From positions 8,907,878-8,971,877 of the forward strand of contig CM082581.2 in assembly GCA_040954595.2 (NCBI GenBank): DNA of 64,000 nucleotides, in the 5' to 3' direction. The notes below the pieces were generated by a model. The model did not search any database, was not told the origin of the DNA, and saw nothing but the letters and a program-made list of their open reading frames with translations. Below are positions 44,001 to 55,024 of the stretch, in pieces. The DNA comes from Balanoglossus misakiensis (taxonomy: Eukaryota; Animalia; Hemichordata). The position numbers were made by a program, and so were the translations under genes. Within the stretch, counting starts at the first letter, position 1; the number at the start of each line of letters is the position of its first letter.

Positions 44001-47000
44001 GCTAGTCTAGTATCTAGCCATATTTTTTTTCCACTTTGCTTCCTACGGCTAAATACTAGACTAGCAAAGGCCAACCAGTCAGTTGTTTTGCCAGCTACCG
44101 TATACTGACTTATCTAAAGCTGATTAATGAAAAGATTACAGTCAACCAAGAATGTATCAGTTACTTGTGTAGCAGTTCCACAGCAAGTTATATGTTCATG
44201 CAGATTTTCCTTCCCTCAACGTACTTGCTTAAGCTTGTGGGATAACTTTTTGTACATATCTATGGTCCGTCTTGAATAATGCACAGTGATATGAATATAC
44301 AACACAAGTAGTTCTCAATAAAGAGTTCTTTCTGCATGTGTCTGACTGTCTGACTCATCAGATTCATCCTCAGATCTGAACTCACTTTTTTTACAAAGTC
44401 ACAGAATATCACCTTGCAAGCACTTTAGATCGAAAAAAGTTGGCAGCTGATGAAAGAGCTGAATAAAATACGTCTACTTCCCAGACTGATATAAATCAAA
44501 CTATCAACTTTTGTCAAAGTGCAAATGTTTTACATAAGGCATGTACGGCACACTTTCAAAAGGTAGTGCCATTTGAGAGCAGAGTACTGAGCTGACAGAA
44601 TTCTAAGTCAATATCTCCCATGGCCACTGACTGAGATAGTAAAGAATTCTTTTGGATTTACACTTACTTGGTTTTTTTAAATGCGCGAGTCAGTCAACCA
44701 GATGAAGGCGATATCAAACGAAAAGGTTCTGTCTAGTATCTCAATACAAAATTATCTTCAGTTCAAAGATAATATTCTGACTTAATGCAGTGAAGCCTGG
44801 GATGAATACTGTGAGTATTTTAGGTGTTAAGACAGAGACAGACAGAGAAAAGTACGATCACATCCAACTGCTCTTACAAAAACTTCACTGGCTACCTATT
44901 AGTTCTTGCATTCACCACAAAGTAACAATTCAGCTGTGGGTAGAGGACGGTAATATCTCTCTGAGCTTCTACATCCATACACTCCAAACTATAAGTCTGA
45001 TTTTTGTCAGATTCTCGACTTCTCAGTATTCTAAGTCTTCACAAATGCTTTTGGTGAGAGATCTTCACATATATTGGCCCCAAATTATTGATGATGTGTC
45101 AGTGAGGGACATTTTATTCGAGTTAGATGCTGCTCACATTGTTTTGTGGTGCTTTCACAAAACGTCCAATAAGCTCCATGAATTTCAATTGGCGCGTTGA
45201 GTTCAAAACGAGGACAAAAAAGTCTATGACATGTGTTTATTATAGTTTATGGCAGTTGTCAGTGAATGTGTTTGGCGAAACCAAGCCATTGGCTATTTTA
45301 AATTGACAGAGAGGTTGGTTCAATCCACCCACAGTGGGCATGGTGCAATACCTTCACACCTGTCTGACAGTTGAGTAAATGGGGTTGCAGTGCCACCAGA
45401 TACACGGCAAATTGCCCCAACCACTGCAATTACAAGAGTGTTACACCTAAAGAGTTGATGAATACCAATTTGCTCAAATCTCAGCGAAATTCCATTAAAA
45501 CACACAAAGCCACAGAAATAAAAATCCACTCTCCTGCAGCCAATGGAGAATACAGATGACCCCTTTTCCCTGTCAACAAATGCATGCAGCGGTAAAATGA
45601 AGCATTAATAGAACCAATCTGACAAAAAGATGATGTGCATGCATTGACTACGATCAAGCTCTGTGCATTATGCAAATTTAAACAGAATACTCTCTATGTG
45701 ATTTAACAGCCAGCAGTTTTATTCAGGTTGCGAATCAGGCAAAATATGTGTGTGAAATGAAATGATTTACAATTCCATGGAGAAATAATTTTCATAGATG
45801 GCACATTTATAGTACACAGAGAGGTAATGACTGGGGGTACAGACACACACCAGTTTTGATAATAGTTAAATTCAAAACTTATGTGACTGACTTATGTGAC
45901 TTCATTTAAATCGCATTTAAAACGTGTTTGATCTATCAGACAATGTCTCACATGACTATGCTCATATCTTATAGTGTTGAGGGCGCACTTCTGCAACCCC
46001 CATCATTCAGAAAAGATAGAGTATCAAGGGGTGACAAAAAATTATCGGAGGATGTCAATACTGACCAAACGACCAAGTTCTGAATTATAGAAATGAGTGG
46101 ATATAACTGTACAATGGAAAGGCAAAGTTAACTTCCTCAGCTGATCCCCAAGTCCGGTCTTGAAACCCCCTACCCTCTCCCCCAAAAAGCTTTCTATTGT
46201 AGAGAATTGGTATTAGACTGTTGAACTGGTTAATTTAATCAGATGTCTTATTAGGTTTGGAAAGATAGTTTCTTTCTTTCTCTTACTGACAATATGAAAA
46301 CTTTGATTCTTGGGGAAGTTAATGCTATTTCTTGTTAACAATCTTCACTTTAATGCACACAGAAAAAAGTGAACACATTAAAATCAGCCTTGGGTTTAGT
46401 TCATTTACTTTGTACTTGAAAATGGCGCGTGAGTGTGTTGATGTGTTGAGGGCCCGGGGGTTATGTGGAGGCTGTAGCCAAAACAAAGATATCCTGAAAC
46501 CATTTCTGTGATCACATTCTGGCTACTTGTAACGCATTTCTGCATCAATACTGGGTAGTCTTTGCGACTCCAGTTCATTAATGAAAGAAACTGGCTTATT
46601 TTTGTTTCTGTCTTTTTGTTGGCGTGACTGCCTAAGGCCATGCTCACATAATGATTACCCCAATCCTTGTACTTCCTCTCCCTGAGCCAAAAAGCCCACG
46701 TCTCGAGCTCATTATTACTGGCCAAGTTTTTGAGTTTCGGTGGATTTGCCTGTACCCTGCAGTCAAAAAATTGTGATTAATCTTTTCATCCCTGATTCAA
46801 GTGAGGTAAATCTAAGGATTCGGGCAAAACAATTGGGTTTGTACCACACATAGGTATTATTGGGGGATTATGAGAGCAGTAATACCGTCATCTGTGACAT
46901 TACATAAACTGCATGACCCTATTCCTATTATTCTGGATATCCGAAAGATGTTTTTTCTACGTGCGTCCCACAGGACACATTCGAGCAAAATGACCTTCAC

Positions 47001-50000
47001 AAACTCCGATTCATAATTACGACTAGTTATCTTCAAATTGTCGGCTGTGCGTACGTCTTTCACTTCCTGTGATACTGACAGACCCAACACGCATCCAAAA
47101 TCTGTACAGCGGATGAAAAAGAAGACATGTTTCCAGCAATGTTGTTTGTTTCTTGAGTAAAGAATTAAAAGACAGAGATCGGATGGTTAATATTCCTCCA
47201 CCATGTCCAACCATCTGAATTCATGCAGACTCTAGCTAAGTCGTCAAGATATCTACGGTGATGATGCTGGGTTGAACAGTCAGCTGAATGTATGTTGGTT
47301 TATTAGGAGACGTCTTCTATAAACACTGATCAATACTGACTTTATCATACTCGAGATAACAGATTTCTTAAAAACACTTTTCCATGTCTTGGACACAAGC
47401 AGGCCTCCTCCCTACAGCAATTCTGTACCACTAAAAAATACTATCTCCTTTTTTAACATTTATTGACGTCATTAACTTCATCATGATAAATGACTTCTTC
47501 GTTGATGTGTTTCCTATTCTTTGTATTAAATACTACTTTTCATGCGACTCCAGACAGTTCATTTCCTGTGAGATCACAAATTACGTGGTATCATCCATGC
47601 AAATTGTTACTGCAGCAATATGTGTTATCTCAATTACAGTCTGTGCAAAGTGAAATTGATGGTTCCCAACTCTTGTTTCAGTAATATGTGTGATAAAATC
47701 CCCAAAATTACTCTGAAATAATACCTGTGAAACTCTTCAGATAATGATTTTTCTCGTATAGAAGAGCTCAATCTGTCGTGGTTTAAATTGAAGTGATAAA
47801 GTGCAGTCAATAAAAGTGACAGCTGAAGCATAAAAGTTCAGGTAACCAATTATGATGGAACTGTTTATTAATGGTATAAATAATAGAGATGGGAAAACCT
47901 TTCACTTAGATTTACAGCTCCTATCACTTAATAAAAGCTTTAAAAAAGGCAGTAGTGGGAAGTTTCGGATTTATACAAGCTGTCTCTAAATATTCAGTCT
48001 GCAATGACAATGTTAAGTTTTGGATTTATACAAGCTGTCTCTAAATATTCAGGCTGCAATGACAATGTTATGTTTTGGATTTATACAAGCTGTCTCTAAA
48101 TATTCAGGCTGCAATGACAAGGTTAAGTTTTGGATTTATACAAGCTGTCTCTAAATATTCAACCAACATGCCAGACAGACTTTTGGTGTCTATAGGGTCA
48201 TTCTCATCAAGTTCCATGTGTGGAACTGACTGATGTCATTCAGCATGATTGATGGTGTGTCACACGCAATCAAACCTCTAAGCTTCGGGTTTATGTCTAT
48301 CAAACTGCCACATGTCTTTATTGTGTATTTAAGATTCAAAATCCAACCCTCTGAACATATGCACTCCATGACCTTTACACATGATCTGCACAGCAGTCAT
48401 TGAGTTCTGGCATAATATTTGTTCTGAAAAATTGAGAAAATGATACTGAACTATTAAATTAGACTTGTCTATTTTCATGTCCATCAACTGGATTTTTAGG
48501 TGATTAGTTTTTCCCCCCGGAGTGGTTGATTTTAGTACAGTGCTGCACTAGAGATGATGCAGCTCTGAAACAGTCATTGATTGGCCTAGGTATGCGCTAT
48601 TGTTATTTGAAGTGGGATCATATTGGCAGAGGTCGCGGTGTAACATTTTTTTGAGTGCGTATTTTTGACGCATTCATCAAAACAAAATTTGCGCATACTT
48701 AGGGGTGTTTTTGTAATAACCCAGTCCAATGCCAGTTTGATTGATGAGAATAATTTGAAACATTTACAACATGATGATTGGACTCAGTTGGAAGTATTGA
48801 TATCATGCTGAAAATGTAAGTTTTGGAGAGAAACTCACATTATAGAGGAGTGAAAGGAAATTGCACTTTGTAATGACAAATTGACATAATTACAAATGGA
48901 CCTAATTATCATCAATCAAGTTTATGGTGCATTTTTGCAAGTACAATCTAATCGTGACAAACTCACTTGGTCCACACCTATATACAAACCTAATAAGGAC
49001 AAGACACATGGCTTAGAAATTTTCAGGATTAGATGTTGTTCATATATATTCACACGTATACATTACAATTCAATGCTTTGACTCAGAGCTGATGCGATCA
49101 ACAGTGTCTTCTTCCAGTGTAGCCTTTACCTTTTAATCATTGCCCTGAGACAACAATAACAGCTCCAACTGGGAGCAGCACCAGCTGAAGACCGCCCACC
49201 CACACATCACCTTTTCAGCTCAACTGAAATATATGATATACCCCCATCCCCTCCCCCAAAGCATAGAGGAAGCTATAATCCCACTCTCTGATCGAAACAC
49301 AGTCTGCCATATGGACCTTCACAAGGCCAACAGAAAGTTTCTCGTCTAAACCCCATCGCTGGTGATGAAGTGTATCGGTAGTTTCATGATATGACTGCCC
49401 CATCAGAATCCTTCAGAGCTGCTAATCAGGCTATTATTGCTTCTCACTCACACTATTTGAACTCGGTTCATTCAGCAGCCCAGGTATAAATGCAGCAGCT
49501 GCCGTTTATCAGCTAAACTGAGTTCATCTCACGTTACTGCCACTAATACACAGATTGGTATCTACCTGCCATTATCCCACTCACTTGAGAAATGTATCGG
49601 GGAATTTGATCGTAACAATATTATCATCACATGTGCCCTGAAAACCTTAAGTCCTGAGAGGGCGCTTCATGCTTCATCACTTGGACCCACTCAAACATAG
49701 CCTCCACTAAAAAAGTGGACATAAAATTAAGTGCTCTCGCTGGCAAACCAAACTCTTGTAAGTTACAGATATCAGGATCCTAACTTTCGGTAGACAGAAT
49801 GTACTGGGTATGTTTCAAAGCACTCACTATGTTGATGTTTGAAAAGTTCGGGCAGTTTGACCACCATGTACACTCATCTTGATTTCACAGACATTAAGAA
49901 TGCAGTAATTCATAGTTTAAGATGCTTGCACCGCAGTTAAACACATATCAGAATGAACATCAGCAAAACTGCAAGATTCGGTTTCAGAACTCTGACAAAA

Positions 50001-53000
50001 ACACTGCCTCGGTTGTGCGAACCGTTTGAATTTATTGAAAAGCAAGTAGACCTGCCCGATGGCAAAATCTACTGCCTGATTGTCAAACCCAAACTCAACA
50101 ACCTCCCCCCTCCCTTCTAACCCTGTAGTTTTGATTTGCATTAGAATCAACAGTGAATCTGAGAAAACCGAACCTTGCGGTGTTTCATTCATATTCTAAT
50201 TCACCGTCATCGGAACCACTCTAACAGCTTTCAATCTGTTCTTTAGACATTCACCATTGTCAGCTTGTGGAGCTTGCAAGTGAGATACTCGGGCAACAAA
50301 CACTCCAACAATGATGCTGATGTGTGATTTATAAAACTCTAAAAACGAAAAGCTGGCAGGGTTACATTCATATTTAAATTCAATGCCAAGGCAATATTTT
50401 TTTAAAGGGGTGGGTGACAAATTAGGTCAGTCAGTTGAAAAAAAAAAATATGGAGGAAAAGCTTCAAAATGACTACATGCTCACTTTAACAAAAAAAATA
50501 GTTCTGGCATGTTAAGCAGTGTAAACTCAGTGTTTATTTCTTTGTCACTAGTATCCATGGACAACACAAAATATAAACACTTAATTCAAATTTGCGACCA
50601 AAAATTTAAAAATAATTTAAGATTTTAAAAGTTTGATACTGAGCTGTTAGTTACACAAGGGAAATAATCAAGACTTGGTTTCTATGTGAATCAGTTATCA
50701 TCGGATGAACAATTTGGATTGTAGTAATTACATACACATGTTCAGTGTACTGTACAGCCCCACTGGTGATAGAAACTAAATTTACACTACAGTTTGCAAC
50801 TGAGAAATGAGAACCTACAAATAGCAGTAAGATGAGATGTGAATCCATCAAACTCATTCGTGATCTTTTCCGGTTGAAATCTGAGAACCATATCTCGAAA
50901 CACCCTGTCTCCTTCATTTGGTTATTTTTAATATTGCTGAGGTTTACAGCCTCCTCAGGCTGGCTGCACAATCACAAATATTAGCACATGATCAAATGCA
51001 AATGAGGTCAATTTTGGAATGTCACATCACAGCGATATGCATCATATTTGATTTCAAATGTGGTGTGGAATTACTTTTGCAAAAAAAAAATTGTTCAGAA
51101 TCTGGTAGAATTCTCACTTATAATTCAATACATGCTGCTATTAATGCACCTTGATTACTTGTATTTTTTTTAAATAGCAAATACTAACTTGAGAAGACCG
51201 ATTAATGCGTATTATAGGAATTAAAAGTACACTTACATCAGGGCTTTGATTTCATTGCACACTCCTATTCAAGTTAGCTAAGTACTGCAGATTACATCCG
51301 TTTGAGTTTTCGTTTTAAAATTCATTTTTGGAACACGAAAGGAAAATCATGGAAAAATTAATCTGTATATACAAGAGGATTAAAGCAAAACAGAAAATCC
51401 AAGCATTTAGGTGCATGAGAAAAGTTGTCATCAATTTCAATGGCTTTTGGGCTGATTCAGGATCCTTCTTGATTGATGAAATCTGAGATATTGCTTGCAA
51501 GCTTAGCCAACAGTGGGTGGATTTATAGGACCTATTACAGAAGACATATATCATAAGAAAACTGACAAAGCTATCATTTTTATATGGAGTCGTAAGACTC
51601 GGATATATCATATGATAGCCAATTAATATCATGACTAAGTAATTATAAAATGACAGGCCATTATTGAATATCATATTTACAAGGAAAACATGCCAAATGC
51701 AGTCTTGCTGGCACATTAATTTCTCCATATCCTTTTGATGTATGTCTTGTTCAAAGAACTTTACATTTCGCCCATTTGCAGGCTGTGAATATTGTTCCAA
51801 ATGTGACTTTTTTTCACACATTTGCACATGGTATGTCATGGTTTCATTTTTTATACCATGATCTATTCTAACATTCCTGAGACCACTTAAATGTACAGCC
51901 TTAAATTGATTTTTTTGCCAAGCCCAATGACATTAAGGTTAGTTTCCAGTGGGTAAATGTGTGCAGGGGTACCTGTCCTTAACCCAAAAGTTATGTGCTA
52001 CTTCTCTGCTACATTGCAATGACAGGATCCATTTTGGTACAGTGAAACTTACCTGGTCAACTCGATCTTTTCTAATCTACTGTAAAACGGGTTATTTTCG
52101 CAAGCAATAAATTTTCGCGAAATACACAAGAGCCAAAATAACGTTTTTCGGAGATACAATGCAGTGATATAAGAGAATGCGAAAATTAATTCTCACGTAA
52201 CAGTTGCCTCTTTTGATATCGCGAAAATTACCTATCGCAAAAATAACCCGTTTTACAGTATATACTGGAAGCTTTTCTTTGCTGAACACTTCTCCTGGTA
52301 CCTGTCAATCATGAATTCCTTCCGGATGAATGAAGTCCAGCCAAGGTTTTCAACGTTCGTCTGATAAACAAAGCTAAAAGAAAAATCTGGCAAAGACAAC
52401 AATTATGAATTTCACTCACCACCCCATGGTACTCTTTCCCTTCTGTTTGCAACTTGAGAGCAATCTCATCCTCTGACAGACCGCAATGTCTCAGGTACTC
52501 CAGTTCATTTTCTTCCGCTTGCAGTTTGCTGAACTGTTCCAAAGACAACTCGCCTGCAGCTCTCTCAACAAACGGCTTGAAAGTTGCCCCTTCCGTGAAA
52601 GTTTTGTGCTGTGATAATTGTCTGCAGTTAAGAAGAAGATGTTTTGTGTGAAAGATTGGATTGTAGATACGGTAAAAGTGATGCCACTTTATCAGCACGG
52701 AATAAAGTGTAAATAGACTAATATACTCTGTGCGTGGGTCAGGGGTCCAAGACTTTTCCCGGAGTTTTTCCAGTGATTTTCCAGGACTACGAGTACTTGA
52801 GGTGAGTGGCTCAGTTGCCAAAATAAAGAGGGCTTTCTTTAGCTTGACTTGGCATTTGAGATCAATATCCATTTTTAAAATTACTTCTATCCACTGAGTT
52901 CTCAGACTACCACAATATATCTTAATTAAATGGGAGAGTGTCCCACAGGTTCCTTACATTCTTTAATAAAAATCCAAAATTAAATTTGCGATGGTTTTTG

Positions 53001-54978
53001 TAATCAGATTAGATTAAAACCAACAAACAGGGCAACTTCTACATTAAGCAACCGGGTCTGACACTCAACTTCAAAGAGTACCGTCGTCTCTACCAAGTCT
53101 GCAGGGATCATAGTCATACCTCAAATTATTTCACTTTCAGGAGATTTCCTCAACATTACTGCACATACACACACAGCATGCAGGTTCCTTGGCATGAAAA
53201 GATTCCATAAATTATAATTACAGAAACTTAATACTTTAAGTTAATGGCTCATTTGAGATTTATGGCCCACTCAAGGCAGAAAAAAATATCAGCGCAGCAT
53301 TATATATTATGAAACTTTACGATAAGTCTGCAAGACATCCTAACATTATATTAAAATTTCATAGTGACTTTGTCCATTTCATGGGCAGATTACTGAGGTC
53401 AAATGTGCAAGTAAATTCAAAATGAGAAAATTATACAATGCTGAAAATTTCAATATTGGTTGCTCCCTTACATCAACTTCTGAATATGACTGCAACAATG
53501 TCAGACAAAATTCACTCTTACATCATTTCAATTATCTTTTGCTAATGGAAACTAGTAATGTGGCATGAAGAGCAAATTTGGAGAAATGAACAGAAAATGA
53601 AGAGAGTCTCTGATCAGCACTTTGCTGGATTTTTTTTGTCATTTGAGATCACCTGGCAAATTACTTCCATCAGGAATATAAAATTTAAATACCGCTGCAT
53701 GTTCAAAAGTGTATAATATCAAACATTTGTGTAATGAAGGTCAGAAACAAATTAAAAAGGAAATAATTGAAAAAAGGGATGTCCAATCACTGTCAGAATC
53801 ATGCGAAATGCTTGATCTTATAATTTTCCAATGGAAATGTCATTGGGAAAATATTAAATCAGACATTTCACCAACACTCTACAGTTAACGCAATAAACAA
53901 AGAGTGGACCCCCTAAAAAACTTACTTACCAGGATTACTAACACTATTAGCTTATCCGAATGCAAATTAAGGCAACACACAGAACATGTATACTTACCCT
54001 TCTAATGTAACATTGGTATCAAGTTGTTTCTGTAACATTTTCTGTAAGTGTCGCTCAGCTTCTGTGAGGACCCCACCAATTGGAGCATCTCCACCATGGC
54101 CCTGGTGTTGACCATCTGGGTTGCCTGACATACGAGTGACACCTCGACTGCCGTATCTCCTACGATCACCACTGTGTGATGAAAAGAATTAGGGCGTAAA
54201 TTTGATGAGAAGCATAATTTAAAGGGACAAAGTCTCTCTCTCGCTGCCTTTTTTCCATTAATTATATGTTTGATACACAAGACACTGTTTATGTTATTCT
54301 ACATGTGGATATATAGTGAATCAACGTTCGACCACCTGCACACACCTTCCGTCCCGCTTGTAGACACGAGAGTGAAAAAAATCGGTCTTTACCATTTATT
54401 CATTTTGGGATGAAAGTTGTGTGTGGTCGAGCGGTCATTCATTATATATCCACATGTAGAATAAAATAAACAGTGTCTTGTATCAAATATAATTAATGGA
54501 AAAAGGGCAGCGAGAGAGAGACTTTGTCCCTTTAGCTCCTCCACCTGTAATCTCTCTATTTTCACTGTTTTTGGTAAAAGTACATTTTAGTACAATGTTT
54601 GTTGAAAGAGATCTCTGAGAAGGTGTTTTTGATCTGGCCATGGAGCAACTGCTGATAATTCACCTGGGGCTTATTTTCATCATGCAAGACAAACTTTCAA
54701 CGCAAAGATCTCTCAGAAAAGAATGAAAACAACCTATTCTCATGGGCATTGGCAATCCATGTCACTGACACAGCCTCGAGCAACCAACTTTGAATATCCA
54801 ATTAAACCTGCGGCCAATTTCTCGACACGTACACCTCAACTTTACTGACCTTCAACTGGAAAATTGTTACACATACTCTATCTGCACTTCAGTATTCAAA
54901 TACAACATGTGAAACACTGCAGGCAAAAACAATTCTTATTCTTAAAATGCCAATCAAATATCAATCAGGGTGTGTGTG

Positions 54979-55024
<46 letters not shown>

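Noticed and set aside
47961-48161. CRISPR-like periodic array
   Set aside because: The would-be spacers are as identical as the repeats, there are no cas genes and the context is a eukaryotic intron. It is a minisatellite.
52046-52056. ACTTACCTGG matching the U1 snRNA 5' end
   Set aside because: Downstream sequence does not continue as U1. It is simply the complement of a consensus 5' splice site.
52622-52640. TTCTTAAC before the RBM41 exon-3 acceptor, resembling a U12 branch point
   Set aside because: It is too close to the AG, and the intron's donor is U2-type (GTAAGT, not RTATCCTT). I saw no U12-type intron or tandem U11-binding USSE in RBM41 on the sense strand.
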